Below are positions 31,127 through 45,100 of a stretch of DNA of 64,000 bases, in pieces. This stretch comes from an uncultured bacterium (lineage in GTDB: Bacteria; B130-G9), in assembly GCA_965372715.1 (NCBI GenBank), contig CBDVDH010000012.1:1-64000 (forward strand), in the 5' to 3' direction. The notes beneath the pieces are model-generated. The model saw only the letters and a list, made by a program, of their open reading frames with translations, was not told the DNA's origin and did no database searches. The first letter of the stretch is position 1, and each line of letters starts with the position of its first letter. A program made the position numbers and the translations under genes.

Positions 31127-32641
31127 TTACTTCCTTGCTTTAGGCTCTCTCTTGGGCTTCCCTTTGTCGATTATCGATTCGGCGGCCACAACACGGTTCT
31201 TGCCTTCTTTCTTGGCGACGTCAAGAGCCTTGTGAGCGAGGGACATCAGCTCGTTCTTGCTCTCTGCGTCATCCGGAAAGGAGACGAGTCCTATGCTCAC
31301 CGTGATCTTCTCGGCGGACTCTCTTGTGGAGGGGAAAGCGTGTTCCTCAATCTCTTGCCTCAGCCTGTCGGCCATGGTTAGCCCCTTTTTGGCCGGCAAG
31401 CTCGGCGAGAGCACGCCAAACCTGTCCCCTGCGTATCTGGCGAGAATATCAATGGACCTGACGCTGTCTCGCAACAGCTTTGAGATGTCTTTGACCAATT
31501 CGGTGCCTACTTCACGACCGAGCCGTTCACACACGCCATAGTAGCCGTCAACATCGATCATCATGAAGCTGAGCGGCGCCTCATACCGAGAGCTGCGCTT
31601 GATTTCGCTGTCCATTAGAACGTCAAGGTGCTTCGTATTGAATAGCCCGGTCAGTGGGTCCCTGATAGAAAGCTCCTCAATTTGAGCCTGCGATTCTGCG
31701 TTGGCGATAGCCAGTGCCGCATAGTCAGCGAAAGGAGCTACGTTCTCCGTGTCGGTATCAGAATAGGCCGTGTCCGCGGCTCTGTTGATCAATTGCAGGA
31801 TACCCATCAAACTGTCGGCGAAGACCAGCGGCACGCACAGCATTGACTTCGGGCTGACGCCGGTTATCTCTTCGAGCGCGTTGTCGTAGCGCTTGTCCCT
31901 TTTGACGTTCTCCACAATTGCGGCGGTCTTGTGTGTCGCGACCCATCCGAGGATGCCTTGTCCGGCACTAAATCGAGGCGCAGGTTCGGTTTGCGCCTCG
32001 CCACACACGATCCTGAAAATCATCTCGCCAGTCCCAGGGTCGAGGAATACGATGTTCCAGCATTCAGAGGGAACGATCGTGCTAATACGTTTTAATAGGC
32101 CGGTCAGTTTCTCTTCAATTGGGAGTTTCGAGGCGAGCAGCTGTCCTAACTGAGTATGTATCTCAAGTTCTGTCTCTCGCATCTGGAACCGTTCCTGCAT
32201 TTTGACAGATGCAGACTTCAGCGCCCACGTTGAAAGGAGCCGTCTGACCAGGATAAGGAACTCGTCGTTCTGGTAGGGCTTGTTAAGATAGTAGAATTCC
32301 TTGAACCTGAGAATAGGTTTTAGCTGCCTATACGTGGATTCTGCCGACATGACAATGACCGGCATCTCCTGGACGTAGCTTTGAAGTCGCTCAATCAGGT
32401 CGAGGATGGACGGGCTTATCGTAACGATGTCGATCAGGATCAGACCGATATTGCCTCGTTTGAGCTTGAAGAAAATGTCCTCGGCATCAGAGATGAACTC
32501 TATGCCGATGCCCGTCTCCCTAAGAATGTCGATGACGGCGTTGCCCGGAAACATCGGGTCGCTTATCAGCGCTGCTTTCGCTTCCATTGCCTCGAACGGC
32601 TCATAAACCACGGGTCGCTCCTCAGAATACCTATATTTCAC
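31127..32641 (-). CDS. REC-like + GAF + degenerate GGDEF protein
   Basis: DPLTGLFN, MIDVDGY, RSID (RxxD) followed by RYAGDRF in place of GGDEF, AKKEGKNR. Confidence 0.88.
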   Translation of the reverse strand: MKYRYSEERPVVYEPFEAMEAKAALISDPMFPGNAVIDILRETGIGIEFISDAEDIFFKLKRGNIGLILIDIVTISPSILDLIERLQSYVQEMPVIVMSAESTYRQLKPILRFKEFYYLNKPYQNDEFLILVRRLLSTWALKSASVKMQERFQMRETELEIHTQLGQLLASKLPIEEKLTGLLKRISTIVPSECWNIVFLDPGTGEMIFRIVCGEAQTEPAPRFSAGQGILGWVATHKTAAIVENVKRDKRYDNALEEITGVSPKSMLCVPLVFADSLMGILQLINRAADTAYSDTDTENVAPFADYAALAIANAESQAQIEELSIRDPLTGLFNTKHLDVLMDSEIKRSSRYEAPLSFMMIDVDGYYGVCERLGREVGTELVKDISKLLRDSVRSIDILARYAGDRFGVLSPSLPAKKGLTMADRLRQEIEEHAFPSTRESAEKITVSIGLVSFPDDAESKNELMSLAHKALDVAKKEGKNRVVAAESIIDKGKPKREPKARK

Positions 32642-32854
32642 ATTATCGATTTATACACGCACTTCAGCGAAAGTCAAGAGTTGTTTGGAGAAAACCTCCG
32701 CGACACAGAAACTCCTCAACAGAAACTTCCTCTTGACTGGGGGTGCAGAGAACAGTAGATTGGGCGGCACTGTTATCTTCTTGATATTGGTGGCGTGTGC
32801 CAATACAGGGCATTGCAATTGGGATTCTATTCAACTTGTTGCGCGGAAAAGCTA

Positions 32855-32884
32855 TTGACACGGTCGAACTCGTTGTTGTATTGT
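32855..32884 (+). promoter_or_regulatory. Possible sigma70 promoter for the giant surface protein gene
   Basis: TTGACA-N18-TATTGT; AGGAGG RBS before 33153. Confidence 0.4.
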
Positions 32885-33152
32885 GTCCGACTGACTACTA
32901 TATCTGTGTTTGCTTGGCCGTTTGACGGTGTATTTTGCGTTGAGGCCACTGCTGCTGTTATTGCTAAATAATCAAAAGCGTTAGGTCGATAAGGAACTTG
33001 AGTAGTAATTTACAGTTCCTGAGAAGACTTCTGTTCGCAGCGTTGCGAACACGGCTTCTTTATAACTATTGAACACCTTTGCAAAAGGGGATGTTCCTTT
33101 TGATGCATGTGGGAATGGCACTCATTTTGAATCGAAACGATAGGAGGAGAAC

Positions 33153-36100
33153 ATGAATCGAGGCTCAAGCAGGCTGTACTTGCTGATTGCTGTTGCTCTG
33201 ACGGTCTTTTGTGTTGGCGCGGTGGCAAGGGCTGCAATTCCTTTGGAGACGGACCCGTCGTGGCACTCCACGGACGAGTTCCGCACCTACGATGTTGAGT
33301 GGTTCTTCGCGACTGATGGGACTGTTTATCCCGATCTATACGCGGCAAACATAGATGGACCTGTCTATGTTTATACTAGCTCGAAGACCGATCCGATAAC
33401 GATCAGCACGACGCCCGCAACGGTGTCCGCGGTCAGCGAGAATGCCATTGACATCGATTTTTGCGATTATGACTGGAACGGTTACACGGACATGGCGCTT
33501 GTTCTCGACAACGGGTTAGTCGAGGTCTATCGCGCCACGACAGGCACCATAGCTACGGACTGGACGCTCATTTGGCAGTCGTGTCAGATTCCAACGGCCA
33601 ATACCACAAAGGTTAAGTGGGCCTTCGTCGATGGCGACGGTTACCCCGACCTCATCACTATTGGTGATCCTGATTATGTGAAAGTCTATTACAACAACGG
33701 GAACTACAACTTTAGGTCTCATTCCGGTTGCTCTGACTATCCTGATTGGGAGACGCCGTCTTCCTATCCGGCGCTGAGCATCGACGTCGGCAATGTCAAC
33801 GGGGATGGCACGCCCTGGATGTATCAGGACTTTGTGATCGGCACCGGTGACGGTGACCCAATCTATCTGTTTATCTTCGACCCCAACTTGGGCTCCAGGG
33901 GCTATTATATGCCCGATCCTGTCTGGCAATCGACGGCTACACCCATCACGAGGGGGGTGTTGCTGCGTGATTTCGACAAGGATGACCAGCTCGATCTGGC
34001 CGCAGGTAACGTCGGCGACCCGTCCTGGATATTCCAAAACACTGGCGCGGAGCCGTGGTTCGCATCCACGCCGGACTGGGCATCCGACCCAGCTAACGAT
34101 ACCTACGATATCGCGGCCGCGGACTTCGACGTCGATAGCGACCCAGGCACCGAAAACGACCTCGAACTGGTTGAGGGTAACTTCGCGGCGGCGGACGTCA
34201 TCTACGTCAACAACACGACCACGATCGGCTTGCTCGACATGCCGACGACGCCGATCTGGGTCTCCGATTTCGCGACTGGCGAGACGCTGTCTCTTGCCTG
34301 CGCCGACATCGGCGAGGACCTCAACAACGCCACATACCCAACCATAGACCCAGAACTCGCCGCCGGCGACTGGGATCAATATAACGTTATATATATCAAC
34401 TGGTCCGAGCTCGGCCCGTATCTGGATAATCAGATACCAAGTGAGAGCTCACTTTGTGTTGGCCTTGATGACGATATGAGGCTTCCTCCCGTGGGCACGT
34501 GCTCCTCGATAGAGAATATCTACCTTCAAGTATGGGCATCCGCCCCTGGCTCCTCGATTACCTCGATCAGGGTGTTTGTTGATGGCACGACGAGCACGAT
34601 GCAGGAGGTTACGGCGAGCTGTGCGACCAACGCCGTGAGCTACGATGGCATCCCCGCCAGGTTCTGGGAGGTTTGCTACTTCGATCCGACGATGTGGAAT
34701 TGGGGCGACTGGGTCTATGTGCGTGTGAACGCGACGGACAGCAACCTGCGGTTCAGGTCGATGACCTACAGCTTCCACATCATGGATGAGATCTCCTTGT
34801 ATGAGTCGGATCCAGAGGAGGGTGAGGTCTGGCCGGCTGGCAATACACTGTGGTACACGCTTGCTGACACCTGTTGCACAATCACTACGGCCTACGCCGA
34901 CCTGCATTGGACAGGTCCATTTGGCCCAACGTCCGCGTCGTTGACCACCGCGGCGATAGTTGGCGGCCCGACGCTTTACACGATAGTCTGCACTACGCAG
35001 GACGGTTACCCGCTTGGCCCGGGCTCTTATACCTGGGATTTCTGGGGTGATGACGACTGCGGCATGCTGTATGACTACACCATACACTTCACCGTAGTAG
35101 GGCCTGTATGGCCGACCTTCAGGGGTCCTGGATGGCCAGGCTACGCTCAGGAACCGCTGCACAGTGGTATGACTATCTATCCGGCTTATATGGAATGTCC
35201 ATCTCGAAGGTGGAGCTTTCCTAAGCCGCAGGACCCAGAGGTCGGAGACTTCTACGCATCGCCGGTCAAGGATTGGCAGGGGAATGTCTATACGATTGAC
35301 ACTAACCACATCCTTTACAAGGTAGCGTCGAGCGGAACGCTTGTGTGGTCCGTCGATACAGGTACTCCTGCCGACTATTCGAGGTACGCGCCGGTGCTTG
35401 GGCCGACGGCCACCGATAATTCCATCGTTTTCTTGCCGGCAGGGGATGAGGTGCACGCGTATGAGGCATCCGATGGCTCGTTGATTGACACCTATTCGGT
35501 TACGCCCGGCAACTACATTAGGTCCTCGCTCCTGCTTTTCTTCTACGATAACGACCCACTATATCCGGTATTGGCGTTTGGCACGCGAGCCAACGTTGCC
35601 GGGGACAACTTCTTCATGCTTTATGCAGACCGTGCGAATCTCTTCGACGAGTTCTGCGCCCTTGAGATAACAGGTGAGCACATCCAATCGACCCCGGTGG
35701 CCAATCCCGAGGGGGACTGCGTCTGGGTCGGGACACACTTGGGCTATATGCACAAGATCTGCACGGGTGAGGGGTGCAATATAGATGCTACCTTTGACAC
35801 ATCTGTTTACGAGGGTTCGGTCTTTGGCGGTCTAATCCACGGCAGCCCGGCGGTTGCAACCGACGGCTCGGTATTCTTCGGGGATGACGCTGGGTACTTC
35901 TTCAAGATCGGGTCTGATGCGACCATCGGCTCAACCGGATGGTATGTAGAGACGAGTTACTCGATTCACTCCTCGCCCGCGCTGTTTACGACCGGGGCCA
36001 CGCTCTGCGTTGCCTATGGTGACAACAACGGCACGCTGTGGGTGTTCGGCGCTTATCAAGCCTTGACTGTTCTGTGTGTTGGGGACGAGTTCTTTACGGC

Positions 36101-39100
36101 GGGGCCACAGGATGGCGGCGGCAGCACTATCTTTCATGGTATATCCGTTTCTGCGGACGGCTACATCTATTTTGGTTCTCAGAACGGGCGTTTGTACTGC
36201 GTGGACGCGACCCAGGGCGACGACAGCTACGATCATGACCTGTGGGATATCCTGCTTGGTAACTACGTCTATACGACGCCGGCGATTGGCTGGTATGGCG
36301 AGGTCAATGTCTGCACAGCGACAGGCGCCGGCCAAGGTGGTGTGATCTACGAGATCATCTCAGACTGCAACGCGCCTTCTACGTCGTGCCTGTCGATCAA
36401 CTACCTGACGTTCGATTACACCAACGTTCCGGACTTCCAGCTGAGATACCTGGGCACCGATTACCAATCTGGCATTGAGTCGATAGACTTCTACCGGAAG
36501 CCGAAATTCGGAGGGTCTTTCCAGAATATCGGAACGGAATACCCGACGGCGCCTGGCTTCAACGTTGACGGCACGTTCGACACGTCGCTTGCGACCGAGG
36601 GCACGTTCCACTTCTACACCATTGGCTTTGACAGGAAAGAACCGCCCAACGAGGAGAACCCGCCAGCAAGCTACGACTGCGCGATCATCTACGACGCGAC
36701 GGAACCGCTGGCGACTTGCAGCACGACAGACCCGTGGGCATCGTCTGGTACCCTGGCTGTCTGCTTCACGGCTTGGGAGGACATCTCCGCGACGACGAGC
36801 GTTTCTGGCCTTCACACCGTCAAGTTCTACACGCAGTGGATGGCCAACAACTGCGGCGCGAGCTGGGGCTCATGGCAAGCGGAGAGCACGCACGCCACCA
36901 CGTATGCGACTGGGACGACGCTGGCCACGGGCTGCATCGCCTGGGTACCGCCCAACGAGGGTTACTACAACTTCGCGTTTGTGGCTAGCGACTGGGCTAG
37001 CAACGCCATGATCGAGCCGCCGGTTGCCTCGTGCAGCTCGACGGTTGTTGACTACACGGAGCCTGAGTCGCAGACGATCGGCTGCGCCGCGACAAACAAT
37101 CCTGTGATAACGAGGGCCTACACCGCCAGCGACGCTATCAGTGGTCTCGATCAGATCGATCTTTACTACTGGTATTCAAACGACGGCGGCGCGAGCTGGG
37201 GCTCATTCACGTGGGCAGACATGGTCAAGACCGATCCCGATGGCGACGACACCGCTTGTGTCTGGGACGGCGACTGGACCTTTGACGTCACAGCGATTGG
37301 CGAGGGCATCTATCGCTTCGTTACGATAGCGCTTGATAACGTTGGCACCTGGGAGACACATCCTACGGATCCGTCCGATCCTCCGTATTATCAGATTTAC
37401 TACGACATAACCGAGCCCGAAACTTGGGCCATCACCAACGAGACCTATTGGAACTACGACGCCAATTGCCCGACCTGTGGGACAATCGAGGTCTGCTTCG
37501 ATTCTACATTCCCAGAGCCGGGCGGAAGCGGGCTCGAGCAGGTAACCCTGTGGTGGAGAGTGCAAGAGGACTGCGTGGGCGGCTGGACAACCTGGAGCGA
37601 CATGCTCACCGAGCCGATTACTGGACCGACGATCTGCTCCACAACGGCGACGGTTCTGACCAGCGGCTGCTGGTTCTTCCCCGCGGCCACAACCGGTTGG
37701 TATGAGTTCTACACCATCGGTGAGGACTTCGGCGGCAACACCGAGGCGCCGCCTGTAAGCGCCGATGACGACGCGATGTATGAGAACATACCGCCTGAGT
37801 CCGAGGCATACGCGATTCCTGAGTATGCGAATATACCGGTCGATCTTGGCCTAACGAGCTGGGATGACCCCGGACTATGCGCAAGCGGCATCGCGACGGT
37901 CGCCTCGCTCTATCAGTTCGAGGGCGAAGCTACTTGGTCAACGATTGCGGGCGTTATGATCCCGACGTCAGGCACAGTTTCTTGGCTGCCTGCGCCTCCA
38001 TGGGAAGGTATCTACAGGGTGTTGAGCAACGCTCAGGACAAGGCCGGTAACTGGGAGTATCGCAACTGGGCGATTCTTAACGCTCAGAGCGAGGACGATT
38101 GGTTCGTTTATGATGTTAGCGATCCTGTAGCGACGCTGACGTGCGTCAGCCCGCCGTATCTGTCCTCTGTGGCGACGATGTATTATGACTTCAACGACGA
38201 GAACGCCTCGGGCACGACTGTATCAGGATTCGATTACACAGAGCTGTGGGGCTGGGATGCAAGCACAGGGACCGTCTGCGTCCTTGCAACTGACACAACT
38301 GTATATGGACAGACAGGTCCTGGCACCTCGTCATTCACGTTCACGCCTCCTCACGAGGGTCTGTTCGGTCTCTACACTACGGGCTACGACAGGGCCACCA
38401 ACTTTGAGGCGGGCACCGTTACTGAGTGCACGGTAACGTTTGATTGGACGCTGCCGACCTCAACTATCACAAGCGTGGTTCCGACGGTAGCGACTTCGGA
38501 TCCTGCTGACGAATGCATTGCGATTGACTTCATCGCGACCGATGCGGTCAGTGGCATCGCAGAGGTTCACCTGTTCTACCGCTACACCGAGGACGGCGGC
38601 GCCAGCTGGGAGCCGGACGGCGTGTGCGGCTGGCGTGATTACAACGACGATGTCTCTGGCTCGACTGTAATGGGCGCGACGTCAGGCACGTTCGCGTTCT
38701 GCTTCGACGACCTCGTGAACGGTGACCTTGACGGCTACTACGAGTTCTACACCCATGCCATAGACCACGCCGGGAACAATCAGGCGCCGATCGATAACGA
38801 CATTGACGGCTGCCAAGACGCGTTTGGCTTCTGCCTGAGAGATACAACGGGGCCGTGGTCGAGCGCAGAGTGCACCGAGGACATTTATCCGAATCACATA
38901 GCGGCCACGTCAGTAGTAGAGATCTGCTACGAGGCGGGCGACGGCAGTGGCTTGAACCTCGATCGGGTGGAGCTGTGGTTCAGGTATTACATGGCTTATT
39001 ACTCCACTTGGACGCACTGGTGCACGGATAGCACACTTGCCTATGAGGGTGCGCCGGTAGCGACCAGCGGGGTCTTCTACTTCGATACACTCAATCCATA

Positions 39101-42100
39101 CAACGCCAATTGGCAGGCGTATGGCGATGGTATCTACCAGTTCTTCACGTTGGCTCGCGACGAGGCGGGCAACTGGGAGCGTATGCCAACGTATCCACCG
39201 AGGGATTACGACACCTATCTGATGGTCGATACCACTGCGCCGATTGCGTCATGCGACCTCGACGCGGATGTCTATTCCAGCGGGCCGATCGAGGTCAGCT
39301 ACTCGGCGTCCGACGAGCTGTCAGGCATCAGCTACGTTGAGCTGTGGTATGCGACTTACACGACGGTCTGGCTCTGGGCCACCGAGGGCACAATCAGCAC
39401 CGATGAGGTCGGAGCGTTCACGTTCGATCCATCCGCGTTCGGCATCACAGAGGGCGCCCTCAGGTTCTACGTCCAGGCACACGACGCTGCGGGCAACTCA
39501 ATGACCGCTCCGTCCGGCGAGGCAGGTTGTGGTCCCGTCTATATCGACATCGACGATCCGACGATCATCTGCGATTCGGCTGCTTACACGCTGGGCGCGA
39601 CGGTCGATATCACCTACGAGGCCTCGGACGGCACGACTTGGGCTGACACAGTTGACCTCTATTATAGCTTCGAGGGCGCAGATTGGGTTGACGCTGGCGT
39701 CTCCGACGAAAACACGATGGACGACAATCCGTTCGTAGGGACGTTCACGTTTGCGCCCGAGAACGGTGAGGGCGAATACGTGTTCAGGCTGGTTGCGACC
39801 GATGCGATTGGCCACAGCGCGTTCTGTGAGACCAGCACAGTATTCGACGAGACCAAACCTCAGACTGAGGTTACTGGCGACGAATACGTGATTGGCGGAA
39901 CGATTGAGCTGACCGTATTTGGTGAGGACCCGCAGGATGATTCCCGGACGATTTCGGGCATCGATTATGTGGAGCTCTTCTATAAGTATGCGGTAGATGG
40001 CGACTTCACGGGCGTGTCCTGGATGACGACCGGTATCACAACCGCGACAATCGATACTCTTGGAACCTACACAACGCCGCCGTGGAATCCCGTTGATGGC
40101 GACGGCTGGTATCGTTTCTGCACGATAGGTCACGACAACGCCGGCAACGTCGAGGCGTTCCCGTATCACTACGATTGGGAGCTAGCCTACCAGTCCGGCG
40201 CCTCTCTCGTGACCTCGTTCTGCTGGACAAGGGGCGGCCAGGAGTATTGGACAGAAGAGATAGTGATTGAGTATATAGCGACGCCGACGACGACGGCGCT
40301 GGATACCGTTGAGCTCTGGTATCGCTACCAGGCGTATCCTGGCGCTGGGTGGACGACCTGGTCATACACGGGCTACATCGCATACGAGACCTATGGGACG
40401 TTCAATTTCGCGTATCTAAACTACGGTGAGGGCCTGTATGAGTTCTACACTCACGCGACCGAGATCTCGGGCCTTGAGGAAGAGCACAACGCAGACCCGA
40501 ACATGCGCTACGATTGCTGGGGCCATTACGACGTAACGGCGCCGGAGTCGTTCGCATGGGTCGCTGCGACATACACGAACGCGACGAACATCAACGTTTC
40601 GATTGACTTCGACGACTACGTGATGATGGGCGGTTCAGGCGTGGACTGCATCGAGCTCTGGTATCGCCTCGAGGGCGGCACTTGGGAGAACACGGCATGT
40701 CAGGCTATCGCTGGCGGCACGCCGCAGGATGTTATCTTCACTGCGACGGACGACGGCGAGTATGAGTTCTTCTCGATAGCTGTCGATAACGCAGGCAACA
40801 GAGAGACTAACCCGACGGATGCTGACGGCACGATCATCAGGGATGCTCTTGAGCCCTGGGCTGTTGCCTCGGCGCCCGCTTACACGAATGATGCGGCCTT
40901 GACTGTGACATATATGGGCGACGACACTGTTGGGACGACGCCGAACGTGTCCGGGCTCGACAGCGTGCGCCTCTACTACATGTTCGCCGAGGACGGCGCG
41001 AGCTGGCCTGGAACCTGGACGAACACCGGTCTCGTGAGCGACACTGGCGCATTTGCGTTCAATCTGCTCGATGGCCAGGGCGTTTATAGGTTCTACGCGG
41101 AGGCCACGGACCACGCGGGTAACGTTGAGACCTTCAACGGCGCGTTTGAGGCGGAGACCGTCTATGACACTGACGTTCCGAACTCCGCATGCACATCGCC
41201 GACGTTTGCGACTGATACGATTGTAGAGGTTACGTTCACGGCGGAAGACCCACAGACCGGGGCAATACTGCCGAGCGATCTTGCATTCATGGAGCTGTGG
41301 TATCGCTACTACGACGCCCCAACGGATACGTGGACTGATTGGGACGATAGTGGCCTGAGAGGCGTTGGCACGGCGGGCACGATCGAGTTTGACATCGACC
41401 TGTTTGGCTACGGCGAGGGCGACTATGAGTTCTACACGATTGCCGTTGACAACGCTGGCAATCGAGAGAACGCGCCAACGGTGGCAGATGACGCAACGAC
41501 GGTTGCGATTACTCTGCCGGCCTCGATGGTAATGGATGCTTTGACGCCCGATTACTGCAACGACGGCGTCATGGAGATCTATTACGAGGCAGCAAGTCCG
41601 GCGGCCGCGATTGTTGACGTTGACCTCTGGTATCGCTACTCGCCTGACGGAGTGCTCTGGCCCGGCTGGCAGGAGGCGACAGCGACGAGGTTCGCCGATC
41701 GCTTCGAGATGCCGGCGGACGTGCTTCCGATGCCGGTCGATGGCGTTACAGATGAGGGTTATTACGAGTTCTACACGATAGCGACGGACGCCGCGGGTAA
41801 CGTTGAGCTGCCGCCTCTGGTTGCGGATGCGGGCGTTATCACTGACATCACACCAGTGGTTTCGATGGTTGACGCCCCGGCGTGCACGGGCACCGGCGAG
41901 GTTCTGGTTCACTTCTACGCCACGGACAATCTAAGCGGGCTCGCCAGGGTGGAGCTCGAGATTGCGACAGTTGCCGGCGTTTGGACGCCGACGGGTCTTT
42001 CGAGCACGCAAGGCTCGGGCGTGATGCTCTTTGAGCCTGAGACAGAGGGCCTCTACTGGCTGACGACCGTCGGCTATGACCGTGCGGGCAACGTTGAGGG

Positions 42101-45100
42101 CGACAAGGACCTCAGAGCCGTTCAGATGTCTTACGACCTTACGGCGCCTGAGACCACGCTGACCAGGACGGTCGCGGCGAGTCGGACGGTCCCAATACCT
42201 GTCGATTACAGCGTCCTGGAAGAGGGTTGCGGCCTAGTCGAGCTCAGATTGTATTACAAGACTGACCCGACGGCCGCTACGTGGTTTGACTGCGGCCTCT
42301 CTACCACAAGTCCTGAAGGCACAATCAACTTCGTGCCGCCTGGTCTGCTACAAGGTCGCTACTATCTAGGAGGTTGCGCGAAGGACGTTGCTGGAAACGT
42401 GGAGCTGCTGCCGGCGGTACCCAATTACGACATCGAGGTTATCTACGATGTTACGCCGCCTGTTACCACGGTTTCCGATCCGGCTACGCGGCTCTTGGAT
42501 GACTGCGAGACGATCGGCGTCTCGTATATCGTCAACGACGCTTACAGCCCGATCCAGACGGTCGCCCTGTATTACAAATACGAGGATGGCGCTTGGACCG
42601 ACAGTCTGCTGCGGAAGTCTGGCGCGACGGGCGAGTTCTCCTTCACGCCGCCTGAAGCGTTCGGCATCTACTACTTCATCATGGTGTCGGAGGATGCTGC
42701 GGGTAACGCTGAGGAATTCGTTCCGACCGACGAGGGTATGGCGTGGTTCATGTTCGACAGCGAGCCGCCATACGTTGTGGCTGGCAGCATCGAGCCGGCG
42801 CCCGGTGGTTTTGGGTATCCGCGAGACGCGAACATCGAGTTCACGTTGATGGACGATGGCTATGGCGTGGACGTTACGACCATCGAGATTGAGGTGGTTG
42901 ACGCCTACGGTCGGAACATCACCGCCTCGACGATTACGATGGATGTAAATGCGGACGGCAGTGTTGATGTCGTATTCGAGCCAAGCAGGCTTTACGGATA
43001 CGAGGATGTAATCACTGTTTACGTAACGGCCTGCGACCTGGTGCCCTCCGGTGTGCCGGGCAACTGCGAGAACTGCATCGAGACGCCTGAGACTTGGAGC
43101 TTCTCCGTTACCGCGAGGCAGGTGCCTCAGCTGTCGGATGGCTCTGTAACGCCGGATGTCGGTTACGTGCCTCTTAACACAGAGTTCACCTACGAGGTCA
43201 GCTACTTTAGCGCGACGGTTGACATTCCAACGACGAAGCTCGTCTATATCGACGGCGCGTCCCACGGGATGGAGCTCGTCGCTGGCGACGAGTGGAATGG
43301 AACGTATCAGTTTGTGATTGACGGACTGGAAGAGGGCGTGCACGAGTATTACTTCCTGTTTGCGACGGAGGGCGGCGATCAGGCGAGATGGCCGGCGGTT
43401 GGCACCGAGGGAGGTCCTACGGTTCATGCCGAGATGACCACAACGCTATCTTGCACTGTGCTGCCAGAAGAGCCGAGTGTCCACGACACGCTCGTTATCT
43501 CTGGCGTCCTGGGCACAGGTGCGACAGAAGAGACAATAGCGATCAATATAGCGAATCCGGTGATATCATTCATCGGGACCGCGGTTACGACGGATGGCGG
43601 TGACTTTGTATATGAGGCGTCGGCATCGGTAATCGGCCCGTGGTCTGTGAGCGCGTTCTGGGCTGGCAACGAGGATTACAGCCCAGTTGAGAGCGCGATT
43701 GTCGAGTTCGAGGTCAGCAAGATTGCCACGGCGCTTGAGCTGGATGTTATGCCTCACTCGCTCAGAGTAGGTGAGACGGTTGACATTACGGGTCGGCTTA
43801 ACGCGGTGCCGGTGTTCAACGATGGCGTTGTTTATATCGAGCTGATCAATCCGGCCGGCGAACGTTCAGAGGGCATCGAAGTCGAGCTGCTGCCTGACGG
43901 CACATTTGAGCTCATGAGCTTCGATATGCTCACGCTTCTGGGCACGTGGCAGATCGTCGCGATGTTTGACGGAACAGCCGAGTATGCGGCCTCGGAATCC
44001 GAGTTTGTGACCGTAGTGGTTACTGGCGGGGATGCGGCTGTTCTGATCCACGGTCATTCTGATCTACCGAGGGCGCGCAACGAAAGACACCGCACGATGG
44101 AATATGTCTATCAGACGCTTCGTAGAAGAGGCTTGAGCCACGCTGACATCTACTATCTGACGAACATGCTGGAGCAGTCGCAGTATGCGGATGCGGGCTG
44201 CAACGAGGGTGAATACGACGACGTGATTACGGAGCTCGTCAATAGAATCGAGGCGGGCAACGCGCCAGAGAACCTGTATGTGGTGCTGATGGGTCAGTCC
44301 TCGCAGGAGGGCGCGTTCTTCACGCTGCAAGTGGCGGACACCCTGTCGAGCACCAAGCTCCGATCAGACCTCGACATGCTGAAGGCTCTCGCGCCAGCGA
44401 TGGAGACGGTCGGTGTCATGGCGTTCGATGCCTCTCAGCGGTTTGCGGAATACCTGGGGATGATCGCCGACAGCGTGTTCATCTCCACCGCTGTGGAGCC
44501 GGATGGCTATACGTATCCAGTTCCAGGAACGGAGCACGGCGACTTGTTTGTTGCTGAGTTCTTCTCCGCGGTGGCCTCTGACAAGAGCGTCGATGTGGCG
44601 TTCGACATGGCCTACGATTCAGCCAAGGTCCTGCACGAGCCGCAGGAGCCGATGATGTTCGACACCGGTGGGCTCGCGCCGACCACAAGCATCGGCAGCT
44701 GGACGATCAGGGGCGATATGGCGCCGGTCATACTCGATTATGCAGAGGGAACCACGTTTGCGGACAGCGGCGCAACCCCGACGACCGTTGACCTGTGGGT
44801 CCAGGCCGAGGACGACTTCATGGTTGCCCAGGTCTATGCTCTGATAATGCCGGAGGGTTATGACGCTGCCGCCGTGCCGTTCACAGGCGCCTCAACAGCA
44901 GAGCCAGTTGCTCTTGCCAGGCAGGTTGGCGGCTACTGGACAGGTGAGTTTGCTATCGCAGTGCCGGGCGCCTACGAGGTCGCTTACGTTGCGATTGATA
45001 CCGTCGGCAACGTGTCTGAGCTGGCTTCAACCACATGGGCGATGGCCGTTCTGGAGATAGAGCTTGAACTCAACGGCTATATCTTCCATCCAGGTGACAC

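Noticed and set aside
32895-32910. NrdR-box-like actactatatctgtg
   Set aside because: Single imperfect match with no ribonucleotide reductase context
33516-43427. Long antisense ORFs (e.g. 34449..35456, 40635..41912, 42366..43427)
   Set aside because: Shadow frames of the codon-biased giant gene; R/V/D-rich with no motifs
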